A stretch of 64,000 nucleotides of DNA, from positions 4,180,868-4,244,867 of the forward strand of contig OY820579.1 in the NCBI GenBank assembly GCA_963681965.1. Reading direction: 5' to 3'. A model generated the notes under the pieces. The model saw only the letters and a program-made list of their open reading frames with translations. It was not told the DNA's origin and made no database searches. Source of the DNA: a bacterium (lineage in GTDB: Bacteria; Electryoneota; JAOADG01). Positions 9,372 to 19,838 of this stretch are shown here, one piece after another. The first letter of the stretch is position 1; every line of letters begins with the position of its first letter. A program made the position numbers and the translations under genes.

Positions 9372-12300
9372 ATGAATGTTCGGAAATATTTTTTATCAGG
9401 TTGGCTGATCCCGGTTATCATCTTGCTGTTTCATACTTCGCTCTGGGCAATTCCAATCGCGAAACCGGACCGGATCTGGATCCGGCTCGATGCTGCGCTC
9501 TACCAGTCGCTTTCCAAAGCCGACCTCGATGTGATTCCCTATCCGACCGGTGACAAGCAACTAGACGATGCCATGCGCCGTTACGGCGTCACGCAACTGG
9601 AACCGGTTTTCCGGCATCATGAAACCGCGCTGTCCGATCCCATTTTTTTAAAGCTCGGTATGGAGCGCGACTATCGTTTCATTGGCAGTAAAATTTCCAA
9701 TGCGATCGATCCCGAACAACTCGCTACCGAACTGAAATCGCTCCCTGCCATCGAAGATGCCGCACCATTCTATTTCCGCGAAATCTGTTTTCAACCGAAC
9801 GATTGGGCACTCAGCAGCCGCAATTCCTGGGGACTCGATTCCTGTCATGCCCGGCAGGCATGGGATACGCAACGCGGCGACAGCACGCTGCTCGCACTCA
9901 CGATCGATACCGGCGTCAATTACAATCACCCCGATCTCTATCCCAATATCGCAGTAAATCCACTGGAGGACATCAATCACGACGGTCGGTACACGGCAGC
10001 CGACATCGACGGCATCGACAACGACGGTAACGGTTACATCGACGATGTCATCGGATACAATTTTGTCTCCTACATCCCGATGACAGGCGATACGATTGCT
10101 ACCGGCGAGATCCTCGGACCGCGCAATGGCAATCCGGTCGATGTAAACGGGCACGGTACCCATGTTTGCGGCATCCTCGCCGCCCGCACCAACAACGGCG
10201 TCGGTGTTGCATCGGTGAGTTTCAACATCAAGACGATCTGTGTGAAAGCGAGCTTTGCCTATATCAGTGGCGGAGCGTTGCGGGGTGGCGGCTTCGACGA
10301 CGATTTTATTGCCGCAATTCAATATGCGATCGATCGCGGTGCGCGCATCATCAGTATCAGCACCGGTGGTTCGAGCACCACCGCGCTCTATCAAACGGCG
10401 GTTACCTATGCGCGAAGCCACAATTGCCTGGTGTTTGCGGCGGCAGGGAATAGCAATAATTCCACGAGAGTTTATCCTGCCGCACTCGATAGCGTCGTTG
10501 CCGTTGCGAATTTGGGAACGGGAAACATCCGCTCCTCATCGTCGAGTTACGGCACGTGGGTCGATCTTGCCGCTCCCGGTAATGGTATCTGGTCGACGCA
10601 AGCAAACAATAGTTATCACGCCGCCGATTACGCGACGATGTCCGGCACATCGATGGCGTCACCGATGGCGGCTGCTGTCGGAGCGCTGACGTTGTCGCGC
10701 CGCCCCACTATGTCGGCAGATACCCTGTTGGCACTGCTGAAGCGGACTTCGACCAATGTCGATGCGATCAATCCGACATATGCCGGACGCCTTGGCAGCG
10801 GATTGGTCAATGCCGATTCCTCTGTTCGATCCGTGATTGCGACGCCGCTGCTGGTGACATATCCCAACGGCGGGGAGGCTTGGCAATCCAACTTCACGCG
10901 CGAGATCTATTGGTCAACTCAAACCGGTGTAGCGAATGTCGCGATTGAAATCGATCGCAATTATCCGTCGGGAATTTGGGAGACGATTGCCGCATCGACG
11001 CCGAATTCCGGTCGATATACGTGGCTCGTCACGACACCGATCACGGCTTCAGCGCGCATCCGAATTCTGAATGTGGCGAATCCGGCAATCGGCGATACTT
11101 CCAATGCGAATTTTTCAATATCCCTGCCGGCGCTGATTTCAGTTTCACCGAATCCGCTCTCGGCAACGCTATTTGCCGGCGATACCTTGCGTCAAACCGT
11201 TACACTCACCAATACCGGTGGCGCGACACTATCGGCGACGCTGCCCGATACCGGTTGGACCTACTTGTATCAGACGTCGAACGATGCCGGTGGTCCTGTA
11301 TTCGATTGGATCGATCCGACATCCGGTGCGGCTGGTCCGACGGGCGATGATGTACTCAGCGGTCCGTACTCATTGCCATTCACGTTCCCATTTTACGGAC
11401 ATTCTTATACACAAGCATGGTTCAGCACCAACGGGTGGCTTGCCTTCGATAACTACGGTGGTTCGGCGTATGCCAATGCGTCGCTGCCGTCGACCACCTT
11501 CAATACACTCATTGCGCCCTATTGGGACGATCTCAATGTCATCGGTTCGGGAGCGACTTATATCGTCACCGATAACATCACGCCACGTATGATTTTTGGT
11601 TGGTCGAATGTCAAGTCGGTTGCCGATTCCGGATCGTCGCTGACCTTCGAGACGGTGCTTTATCCCGATGGTTCGATTCTGTTTCAGTATCGCACGATGT
11701 CGATATTAAGTCTCCCGTCGGCGACGGTGGGTTTGCAGAATGCCAGCCGCACGAAGTACTTGAATGTGGTGAATAATACCGCCGTATCATCGAATTTCGC
11801 GATTCTGTTTACACCGTCGGCTCCGTTTGCGAAGTGGTATTCGCAGTCATTTTCACTCGCACCGGGCAACAGCAGCAATATCGCCTTCACGTGGGATGCC
11901 CGGACTTTTTCTCCCGGCACGTTGCTGACTGGTACGCTGACTTTTACGGGGAATGCCGGGAATGCGCCGTTTAATGTACCGTTGACGCTGAATGTCGTGA
12001 GTCGCTATCCACCGGCACTGCCGTCGGCATTATCGATTTCCTTGCCGGCGGTAACATCCGATACGGTGCGTTTGAGTTGGAATGGGGTGCATGTAGATAG
12101 CGCGGGGAATCCGCTGCTGGTGCCGGTGAGCTACCGGATCGAGCGACAGCTCGTCGACTCACTCACTTACACCAATTCGAATTGGAATACCCTGACGACG
12201 CTCTCCGATACGACTTACACTACCACGGCGCCGGCGACGCCATTCACCTGCTATCGTGTCCGTTCCGGGATTGTGATTTCCGCATCCGATGCGCTCGACG

Positions 12301-12377
12301 CGCCACCACATCCCATTCATTATCGTTGGGGATTGCTGGAAGATGGACGAATAGACCCGCTACCCTCGCGAAAGTAA
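9372..12377 (+). CDS. Secreted S8 (subtilisin-like) serine peptidase with C-terminal beta-sandwich domains
   Basis: Signal peptide from ATG 9372 (GGAG upstream). Catalytic triad motifs IDTGV, HGTHVCG and SGTSMASP; DNDGNGYIDD insert; PNGGE domain; LPFTFPFYG...IAPYWDDL domain. Confidence 0.9.
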   Translation: MNVRKYFLSGWLIPVIILLFHTSLWAIPIAKPDRIWIRLDAALYQSLSKADLDVIPYPTGDKQLDDAMRRYGVTQLEPVFRHHETALSDPIFLKLGMERDYRFIGSKISNAIDPEQLATELKSLPAIEDAAPFYFREICFQPNDWALSSRNSWGLDSCHARQAWDTQRGDSTLLALTIDTGVNYNHPDLYPNIAVNPLEDINHDGRYTAADIDGIDNDGNGYIDDVIGYNFVSYIPMTGDTIATGEILGPRNGNPVDVNGHGTHVCGILAARTNNGVGVASVSFNIKTICVKASFAYISGGALRGGGFDDDFIAAIQYAIDRGARIISISTGGSSTTALYQTAVTYARSHNCLVFAAAGNSNNSTRVYPAALDSVVAVANLGTGNIRSSSSSYGTWVDLAAPGNGIWSTQANNSYHAADYATMSGTSMASPMAAAVGALTLSRRPTMSADTLLALLKRTSTNVDAINPTYAGRLGSGLVNADSSVRSVIATPLLVTYPNGGEAWQSNFTREIYWSTQTGVANVAIEIDRNYPSGIWETIAASTPNSGRYTWLVTTPITASARIRILNVANPAIGDTSNANFSISLPALISVSPNPLSATLFAGDTLRQTVTLTNTGGATLSATLPDTGWTYLYQTSNDAGGPVFDWIDPTSGAAGPTGDDVLSGPYSLPFTFPFYGHSYTQAWFSTNGWLAFDNYGGSAYANASLPSTTFNTLIAPYWDDLNVIGSGATYIVTDNITPRMIFGWSNVKSVADSGSSLTFETVLYPDGSILFQYRTMSILSLPSATVGLQNASRTKYLNVVNNTAVSSNFAILFTPSAPFAKWYSQSFSLAPGNSSNIAFTWDARTFSPGTLLTGTLTFTGNAGNAPFNVPLTLNVVSRYPPALPSALSISLPAVTSDTVRLSWNGVHVDSAGNPLLVPVSYRIERQLVDSLTYTNSNWNTLTTLSDTTYTTTAPATPFTCYRVRSGIVISASDALDAPPHPIHYRWGLLEDGRIDPLPSRK

Positions 12378-12399
12378 TTCACAGCATCAACTATAATTT

Positions 12400-12569
12400 G
12401 GGCGACCATCCGCGGTCGCCCGATCTTTTTCTTTTTGGTAGGGGCGGTTCGCGAACCGCCCGTATCTTGTGTCTATTATTAAGCAGTATTGCCCAACTCC
12501 GATTGGGCGTTATTATTGTATCCTGTTCTGTCGTTGCGAACTAAACGCAGCGTAGTGTGGCAACCTACT
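12400..12569. repeat. Mosaic REP-like palindrome array 2
   Basis: GGGCGACCATCCGCGGTCGCCC, GTAGGGGCGGTTCGCGAACCGCCC, GCCCAACTCCGATTGGGC and TGTCGTTGCG...GTGGCAACCTAC, between convergent genes. Confidence 0.8.
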
Positions 12570-12680
12570 CTTTTTTATCTTTTTCACCGATCTCTTATAT
12601 TCGAGAGCATGTTCCTTGCACAACCAGAACACATCCCCTTCCGGTGTCTCGGCAAAATAAATTACCACTTCAGTGAATTA

Positions 12681-12962
12681 CTATTTTCTTCTCCATAAGA
12701 CTACCTCAATCACGAACAGGATACCAAACACAACAATTAAACCCCAATGAATCAGTTTTCCGCCAGCAACCACCTTCCCTGAACGTTTCTGCTTTTCGAG
12801 ATGGCGATTCCAGAATTGATCGAGAAGCAGAACAAACCATCCTGCACTTAAAAAATAGCATTCGCTAAACAGGAACATAACCACAAAAAATAAAATCGAT
12901 GTCATCATCCATTGCTTATTCTGTTCTTTTTTTACGGATTCTTCGTGCTCTTTCTGTTCCAT
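12681..12962 (-). CDS. Small hypothetical membrane protein
   Basis: ATG 12962 preceded by AGGTG; 2-3 hydrophobic segments; AT-rich sequence. Confidence 0.5.
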   Translation of the reverse strand: MEQKEHEESVKKEQNKQWMMTSILFFVVMFLFSECYFLSAGWFVLLLDQFWNRHLEKQKRSGKVVAGGKLIHWGLIVVFGILFVIEVVLWRRK

Positions 12963-12982
12963 AGTGACACCTATCAGTATGT

Positions 12983-13795
12983 TTAGAATTTCAAGTGACA
13001 TTGTAATAGAATCACCACCACCACCGTACACACCAAATTGACTCCCGCATTGCTGAGTGGCAGTCCGTGGATCCGCTCGCCGATCGTGTCGCAGTGCCGT
13101 CGGCGCTCGCTAATCAACCTGCACTTCGGACAGCGATACGTCGCCTGAACCGTCGCACCAAGCAGTGAGTCGAGTAAATTTCCGCCAAATCCGAGCAGTG
13201 ACAACAGTCGTTCCGAGCCCGGCGGAAGGATTTTCCATTGTACCGCACACCATGCAAACAGCACCGCCGCAACACCACCGATTGCGAGTCCGAACAGCGT
13301 CACGCCCCCGCTCATCCCCGCTTCCAGCCGCTTCCCGAACAGCAGCCAGCGCGGTGTACCACCGTAACGACTCCCGAGTTCCGCCGAAATCGTATCGGAA
13401 AATGCTGTCGTCAGCGATGCCACCAGTCCCGCCAACAACCCGCGCAGAATCATCGGATCGGTGACGATCGGCAGCGACAAGAGTAGCGCGCAAACCCCCG
13501 CCGCACCAGTCGTTGCCGCCACTTGCCAAGCTGTCCGCGCACCGTGTTGATCCGCGGCTTGCGTGTTGTTTCGGTTCGGTAACTGCGACAATACCCCGCC
13601 AGTAGCGACAAACAGCGCGAGCAATCCGAGTAGCGGCAATCCTCCGGCAAACATCATCACTACCGCGACGATCGCACCTACCACTGCACCACCCGGTGTC
13701 ACCGCTTTCAAGCGGAATGCTGCAGTTCCCAGCACGCCACCGATGAGCAACGCGAGCCACCAAATATGCGCAAATAGATTCGATTCAGGATTCAC
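12983..13795 (-). CDS. DUF92 (TMEM19-like) membrane protein
   Basis: Motifs RTAWQVAA, SDTISAELG, GMSGGVT.FG, DSLLGATVQA.YRC..C and SNAGVN. The start is likely GTG ~13795, because the ORF-track extension runs through a REP hairpin (13829-13853). Confidence 0.85.
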   Translation of the reverse strand: MNPESNLFAHIWWLALLIGGVLGTAAFRLKAVTPGGAVVGAIVAVVMMFAGGLPLLGLLALFVATGGVLSQLPNRNNTQAADQHGARTAWQVAATTGAAGVCALLLSLPIVTDPMILRGLLAGLVASLTTAFSDTISAELGSRYGGTPRWLLFGKRLEAGMSGGVTLFGLAIGGVAAVLFAWCAVQWKILPPGSERLLSLLGFGGNLLDSLLGATVQATYRCPKCRLISERRRHCDTIGERIHGLPLSNAGVNLVCTVVVVILLQCHLKF

Positions 13796-13922
13796 AGACG
13801 ACCAAGAGAATATTGGACACAAGAGGATCGCAGACTCGGAGGTCTGCGCCACCAACAAAAAACAATGCAAAGAAAAAACGGGGCGCAAATCATACGCCCC
13901 GCTGTCTTCATGCGATACCTGT

Positions 13923-14264
13923 TTACTTGACCGCCTGCAGCGCCTCTTCCATCGTTTTGCAGATCGTGAATACCGACGAAAGATGGCTGATGTCGAGCAG
14001 TTCCTGAATATCGGCGGGAACCCGCGTCAGCGCCATCGTCGCGCCAGCCGAGCGAGTCGACGTCAAAGCGCCGGCGAGTGCACCGATACCGGTGGAATTC
14101 ATCCACTGCACTTGCAGCAAATCAAGTACCAAGTGATTACTGCCGTGCATCAATTCGCCGCGAATCAAATCGAGCAATTGCTGATTTTCGTTGCCACCCA
14201 TCCATTTGCCGGCGAGTGCAATCACCATCACGTTGCCCTGTTTGCTGGTGGATATCATGTTCAT
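13923..14264 (-). CDS. STAS-domain anti-sigma-factor antagonist
   Basis: ATG 14264 with AGGAG SD; VLDLLQVQWMNSTGIGAL phosphoacceptor motif; ...TMEEAL C-terminus. Confidence 0.9.
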   Translation of the reverse strand: MNMISTSKQGNVMVIALAGKWMGGNENQQLLDLIRGELMHGSNHLVLDLLQVQWMNSTGIGALAGALTSTRSAGATMALTRVPADIQELLDISHLSSVFTICKTMEEALQAVK

Positions 14265-14422
14265 TTCGTGGTCTCCTGGATTCGAGTTCGGATTAGAGTA
14301 TCTACAACTCTCATAAAATAGGATTGCAGACACCATCCGCACAATTGTATTTTGAAAAAAAGGTTTTTTCACGAAAGTTTCCAAGAACAAACCGGGAATT
14401 CGTGAGACTGGGAGGTCCGATA

Positions 14423-16864
14423 ATGATACGTACGAGTTTCGCCGCGTTGTGGCGGCAACTGCGCTGGGCGCTGGCAATCGGTCTATTAGCGGCATCATCG
14501 CTGGCGGCTCCGGTAACTGTTAATTTGAACGATGCACAGCGCTACCGGTTTAAAATCGACCATAAGACCTTGGTCGGTCTCGAACGCAATATTGCCGGAA
14601 TTATCCTAGATGAATCCACGAGTTATGACGAAGCGGTGGTCTGGGCGACCCCGACCGGACTAGCGAACCTCCAAGCTGCCGGTATCATCCCGATCCCTGC
14701 TCCCCTCCCGACCCCCACGGAGGATGAGTGGACCGCTTACCCGACCATTCCGCAAATCGTCGATTCACTTCGGGCAATCAACCTCCGACACCCGCAGTCG
14801 ACGCACGTCGATACCATCGGCTTTTCCGGGAGCCACCGCCCACTGGTCGCAATCACAATCGGCAACAACATCAGTTCACCCGATTTCAACAATAAACCGG
14901 CGATCATGCTGATTAGTACCGTGCATGGCAATGAAAAGCCCGGCACTCCGATCCTGATCAACTTTGCCAATTGGCTGCTCGATTCCTCCAATGTCGACCC
15001 CCGACTGGCACGAATGCTTTCCGAGTGCCGTGTCTATCTCCTACCGTTGTTTAATCCCGACGGCTATACTACCAATACCCGGGGGAATGCCGCAGGAATT
15101 GACATCAATCGCAATTTCCCGTGCAAAACTCCACTCACTGGCGGTGTGTGGGATTCACTTGATTCTCCGACCGGACGTGCTGTCGAAACCCAAGTCATGA
15201 TGGCATGGACGCATGCCGTCAAACCAATGCTGGCACTCAATTTCCACACCGGTGCCACCGTTGTCAACTATCCGCTCGACAGCGATCTCGATGGTAGTGC
15301 GCTGACCGTCTATCCGCTTCAGCCGGATAAAAAATGGTTCATCGCCGCCGCCGATTCTTATGCCGTGCATAATGCGCCGCTTTATGCGAACAACACCTCG
15401 GGATTTCATCACGGTACCGTCAATGGCGCCGAATGGTATCAGATCACCGGCGGATTGCAGGACTATCAGTACCGGTTCCACAACTGTCGACACATGACAA
15501 TCGAACTCTGTAATCAACAACCACCGCCAATTGCAAATGTTGCCGCGCTCTGGAATGAAAACAAATTCTCAATTCTGGCATATTGCTCGCTGATCTGGCA
15601 AGGGGTCGATGTCACGGTTTCGAATGCGACTGCCGTCGATACTACGACTTACGGCGATCTTGGCTTCGGGACTCCGCATTACGTCAGGCTCGGGTCATTG
15701 CCATCATTTCGCTTTCTGTTACCGCCGGGTACGCATACCCCGCGAATTTATCACCCTTATAACGGTTCGACGTGGCAGGATTCGCTCTATCCAATCGTGA
15801 ATTCGAATGAAGTATCGATCGCTGCTGCTGCGCTTCATGCGCCGGTAAGCGGCACGCTCGGCATCCGCAATACCGACCGGTCGTTACATCGGTATGCCGA
15901 TTCGGTGCTCTGTTCCCCGTACGAAGATGCGCCCGAGCATTGGTTCAATCAAAATGCCGGTGGTGGATCCGGAACCATCGATAGCAGCGCGCGCTACAAT
16001 CTGAATGAGCGCAACTGGCTGTTGCAAAGTTATGAACCCGACGGTTTTTACTTTCCGCTCTTGTGCGACAAAATGGCGTATCACGATGGCGAAGTTGAAT
16101 TGACAACGGTCATCGATACAGTGAATAATTTTTCCGATTCGCAATTGCGCGGTACCGGAACGGCGTTGCAATACACCGATAATGGACGCGATGGCGGCGG
16201 GGCGTCCGATTCGCCCACCGGGAATTACACCAACAATTTGAACAACACCTATACCTTCGGTCCTTATCCTCTGCAGGGAAATCGATTTGAAGGGTATTCG
16301 ATGGCGCGGTTTTCCTTCTCCTATACCGGCAACATGGAGAAGGGGGGCGATTATTGGATTTTGTCAGTACAGCGCGATAACGGTCCATTCGTTGCAGTGG
16401 ATACGTTAACCGGAATTTTTCCCGATTGGCAAGTGTGGTACAATGATCTTCCGACTGACGGCATCACCTCGTTGTCGTTCCGAATCACCGTTCACAGCGA
16501 CGGTTCGGTCGTGCGCGATGGCTATACGATGGATGATCTGACACTCACTGAATCGCATGTCGAATTTGCGATTCAAGCGCCGGAAGCGCGCAGCGAGTTG
16601 CCGCATAAATTTGCGTTATCCAGCTACCCGAATCCATTCAACAATTCGACCCGAATTTCACTCTCATTGCCGGAAGACGGTGTGGCGAAATTGGCACTAT
16701 TCGATCTGCTTGGTCGAGAAGTCGCTGTGCTTCAAAACGGTTGGCTCAGGGGTGGAACACACACCTTCTCGCTAAACGGGACAACATTGGCAGCCGGCGT
16801 CTATTTCCTTCGGGCACAGCAGGGAAATCGGATTCATTCGCAGAAGATCGCGCTGGTGAAGTAA
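14423..16864 (+). CDS. M14 zinc carboxypeptidase with T9SS-type C-terminal domain
   Basis: GGAGG SD and signal peptide; HGNE, RGNA.GIDINRNF, NFHTG, GGLQDY, TIEL; C-terminal SYPNPFN...GVYFLR...KIALVK. Confidence 0.9.
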   Translation: MIRTSFAALWRQLRWALAIGLLAASSLAAPVTVNLNDAQRYRFKIDHKTLVGLERNIAGIILDESTSYDEAVVWATPTGLANLQAAGIIPIPAPLPTPTEDEWTAYPTIPQIVDSLRAINLRHPQSTHVDTIGFSGSHRPLVAITIGNNISSPDFNNKPAIMLISTVHGNEKPGTPILINFANWLLDSSNVDPRLARMLSECRVYLLPLFNPDGYTTNTRGNAAGIDINRNFPCKTPLTGGVWDSLDSPTGRAVETQVMMAWTHAVKPMLALNFHTGATVVNYPLDSDLDGSALTVYPLQPDKKWFIAAADSYAVHNAPLYANNTSGFHHGTVNGAEWYQITGGLQDYQYRFHNCRHMTIELCNQQPPPIANVAALWNENKFSILAYCSLIWQGVDVTVSNATAVDTTTYGDLGFGTPHYVRLGSLPSFRFLLPPGTHTPRIYHPYNGSTWQDSLYPIVNSNEVSIAAAALHAPVSGTLGIRNTDRSLHRYADSVLCSPYEDAPEHWFNQNAGGGSGTIDSSARYNLNERNWLLQSYEPDGFYFPLLCDKMAYHDGEVELTTVIDTVNNFSDSQLRGTGTALQYTDNGRDGGGASDSPTGNYTNNLNNTYTFGPYPLQGNRFEGYSMARFSFSYTGNMEKGGDYWILSVQRDNGPFVAVDTLTGIFPDWQVWYNDLPTDGITSLSFRITVHSDGSVVRDGYTMDDLTLTESHVEFAIQAPEARSELPHKFALSSYPNPFNNSTRISLSLPEDGVAKLALFDLLGREVAVLQNGWLRGGTHTFSLNGTTLAAGVYFLRAQQGNRIHSQKIALVK

Positions 16865-16893
16865 CATCTTTCCATAATTCTCTGCTGTAGAAA

Positions 16894-17570
16894 CTCTTGA
16901 TAATGAGTTGTTATCGGTAGTAGGGGCGACCCTCCGCGGTCGCCCGTTCTTGTACCATTTTCATCTTTTCCCACTACCCACTACCTACCACCCAATCCCT
17001 ATCTTTTCGGTGGCGCAGGCCTCCGAGCCTGCGATTCTTCTTTTCCGTAGGTCGGAATTTATTCCGACTCCTTTTTTTTTATTTTGGTAGGGGCGGTTCG
17101 CGAACCGCCCGTTCTTATATCATTTTCATCTTTTCCCACTACCCACTACCTACCACCCAATCCCTATCTTTTCGGTGGCGCAGGCCTCCGAGCCTGCGAT
17201 TCTTCTTTTCCGTAGGTCGGAATTTATTCCGACTCCTTTTTTTTTATTTTGGTAGGGGCGGTTCGCGAACCGCCCGTTCTTATATCATTTTTATCTTTTC
17301 CCACTACCCACTACCTAATACCCAATCCCTATCTTTTCGGTGGCGCAGGCCTCCGAGCCTGCGATTCTTCTTTTCCGTAGGTCGGAATTTATTCCGACTC
17401 CTTTTTTTTTATTTTGGTAGGGGCGGTTCGCGAACCGCCCGTTCTTATATCATTTTTATCTTTTCACACCACCCACCACCAAAAGAGTGCGTCAGGCGCT
17501 GCCTGACGCTTCGGGCGTATGCCATACGCCCCTACGAAAAAAATGTAAGCCCCCCGCGCCCGCCCGATCC
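16894..17570. repeat. Mosaic REP array 3, containing three tandem 165-bp units
   Basis: Unit starts at about 16961, 17126, 17291 and 17456 (partial). Each unit is a heptamer tract plus GTGGCGCAGGCCTCCGAGCCTGCG, GTAGGTCGGAATTTATTCCGAC and GTAGGGGCGGTTCGCGAACCGCCC. An inverted GGGCGTATGCCATACGCCCCTAC lies at the right end. Confidence 0.92.
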
Positions 17571-17597
17571 TGTACCCTGATTTGTATTTTACGAAAA

Positions 17598-17618
17598 TGG
17601 CGGACAAATTGTCCGCCA
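17598..17618 (-). terminator. Probable intrinsic terminator
   Basis: TGGCGGAC-AAATT-GTCCGCCA hairpin followed by TTTT on the minus strand, about 35 bp after the stop of the LVIVD gene. Confidence 0.55.
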
Positions 17619-17651
17619 CCATGAAGCACCACTTGAATCTGATAGGTCACC

Positions 17652-19838
17652 CTACTTCAATAACACCACTCGCTGCGTTGAATGATAATTTCCCGCCGTC
17701 AGATTGACAAAATAGGTTCCCGAACCAAGCGCCGCACGGTTGAATTGTACTGTGTGCAATCCCGCCGTCTGTTGCGAATTGACCAGCGACTGTACTTTAC
17801 GACCGGAGACGTCGAACACGCTCATCGCCACATCTGTTGCAACCGGTAGTGAATACCGAATAGTAGTTGTCGCATTGAATGGATTCGGATACGCCGCTGT
17901 CATTTCAATCTGATTCGGTAATGACTGAATTTGCATCTCACCGACTTCACTCAAATTAGTGGAGTTCAAAAATGTTAAAATCGACCGGTCGGCAACGATC
18001 ACATGATTATTTTGTAGGTCGAGACCCAACGATTGATCTGCCGAATAGAATGCACTATGAACGCGTAATCTTGACGGGTTGGAGATGTTTATACTTAGGA
18101 CACCATCGCGACCTAGCGCCAGAAACAACTGGTTTCCGGTCGGATCGATCCGGGCATCAGAAACCTCCGACATCGTCGAACCGAAGATCAAAGAATCGAG
18201 GATCACGGGACGATTCACATTGCGGATATCCATGGCATAGAGCGTTGCCGGATAATCGCAGAAGAAATACATCACATTGTTTCGAACTGCCAATGTCGAC
18301 GCATTCGGATAGTCGCTCAATTGGAATTGTTCGAGAAATTCCGGGTGCGCAGGATCCGATACATCGAATGATTTATGCACACCGGATTGATCCAGATACA
18401 ACGTCGCACCATCCAATTGAAATTTACTTCCCGTACACGTCGTATCGAAGTAATGCAAGACCCGCGTCGGAGCATCCGGGTGGGTAAAATCGAGGACATC
18501 GAATCCGTTACTCGTGCTGGCATAACAGTATGAACCGAGCGTGACAATATCGTTGTAATGGAATTCGTTTTCTGTGGTCGATTGTAGATTTCCAACTTCT
18601 ACTGGATGCCGAAAATCGGCGATATTCACTACGCTGATCCGGGTTCCGAAATTGGACAATACATACATCGAATTGCCGATGATCCGGTAATTGTAAATGA
18701 CCGGGCTGGCTTCGTACAATCCACCCATCACCGGTTCGTTGATATTCGATAGATCGAATAATCGGATCGAACAATTCTGATTGATCGCTGCAGTCGATCC
18801 CGACATTCTCACCCCTTGAATGATACCGCAACGATTGTACGAACCGATTTCGGTGGGATGCGACGGTTGCGATACATCGACTATCCGCAACCCGTATTCG
18901 ATATCCGCTATATAGACCCGGTTACCGACGATATCGAAATCGGGAATATATTGGGGCGGTCGATAGACACTGAGCAATTGTGGCGAAGCAGGTTGACTGA
19001 TGTCGAGAATTGCCAAGGGACATTCGAAATAATCGTATTGTGCAAACAGCAGATTTCCGCGGATCTTCACTTGATACACGGCTTCGGTAAACGACATTTG
19101 CGCAACTTGATAGATCGAATCTAGTCGAGCGATATTCAACGTAACCAGACCGCCAACCATGTCGGCAACATATGCATAATCGCCGGACACCGCGACGTCG
19201 CAGCAAAAATAGAAAAGCTCGTGTCGACCGATCCTGCGCGGCGCTGCCGGTTGACTGATATCGAACACCACAAAGTCGGCTCCGCCGGCAATATAGAGCC
19301 GGTTACCGACAATCATGCCATTGATCGCTTCGTGAATCGTCGTATCGAAATAAACAATTCGGTAGGTATTCAGCGACTGAATATATTGAGCAACCTGAAA
19401 CCCTTCGGTGCCACAACAAAGGTAGACAATTTCACCGTCCTGATAGGGTATCATCCGTTCGAGTCGGGAAGCAACCGGAGATATCCCGACGAATTCGGTC
19501 GAGAGTGATCGAGGGATTTTAAAGAATTGAGTTCCGCTATTGAGAAAAAGATAGTTCTCGGTAAGTGCGAGATTGCGACAGGGTTGGTTACTCAAATCCG
19601 ATGGAATTTCAACCGGATTCGCGGGATTGGAAATATTAAGCAATCGCAATCCGCTCTCGTTCGTGGCACAGTAAGCGATATTGCCCGATACCGCTACGCC
19701 GGTGACATTGCCGTACCAGGCATAGTCGAGACTTCGGATATAGGTCAGATTATCGGCTTCTTGAGCAAAAACCAACAATGGAAGAAATAAAATAATTGCA
19801 GAGATACGGCGGAACAGATATTCAGAGTTAATCGACAT
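17652..19838 (-). CDS. LVIVD-repeat beta-propeller protein with T9SS-type CTD
   Basis: AGGAGG SD and signal peptide; repeats such as VAVSGDYAYVAD...GL..L.I and GLRIVDVSQPSHP; C-terminal AYPNPFN...GTYFV.L...VLLK. Confidence 0.85.
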   Translation of the reverse strand: MSINSEYLFRRISAIILFLPLLVFAQEADNLTYIRSLDYAWYGNVTGVAVSGNIAYCATNESGLRLLNISNPANPVEIPSDLSNQPCRNLALTENYLFLNSGTQFFKIPRSLSTEFVGISPVASRLERMIPYQDGEIVYLCCGTEGFQVAQYIQSLNTYRIVYFDTTIHEAINGMIVGNRLYIAGGADFVVFDISQPAAPRRIGRHELFYFCCDVAVSGDYAYVADMVGGLVTLNIARLDSIYQVAQMSFTEAVYQVKIRGNLLFAQYDYFECPLAILDISQPASPQLLSVYRPPQYIPDFDIVGNRVYIADIEYGLRIVDVSQPSHPTEIGSYNRCGIIQGVRMSGSTAAINQNCSIRLFDLSNINEPVMGGLYEASPVIYNYRIIGNSMYVLSNFGTRISVVNIADFRHPVEVGNLQSTTENEFHYNDIVTLGSYCYASTSNGFDVLDFTHPDAPTRVLHYFDTTCTGSKFQLDGATLYLDQSGVHKSFDVSDPAHPEFLEQFQLSDYPNASTLAVRNNVMYFFCDYPATLYAMDIRNVNRPVILDSLIFGSTMSEVSDARIDPTGNQLFLALGRDGVLSINISNPSRLRVHSAFYSADQSLGLDLQNNHVIVADRSILTFLNSTNLSEVGEMQIQSLPNQIEMTAAYPNPFNATTTIRYSLPVATDVAMSVFDVSGRKVQSLVNSQQTAGLHTVQFNRAALGSGTYFVNLTAGNYHSTQRVVLLK

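Noticed and set aside
16946-17470. CRISPR array interpretation of the tandem palindromic repeats (also 35591-35735 and 40017-40660)
   Set aside because: The intervening sequences are duplicated along with the palindromes (no unique spacers), several different palindromes alternate, and no cas genes are present.
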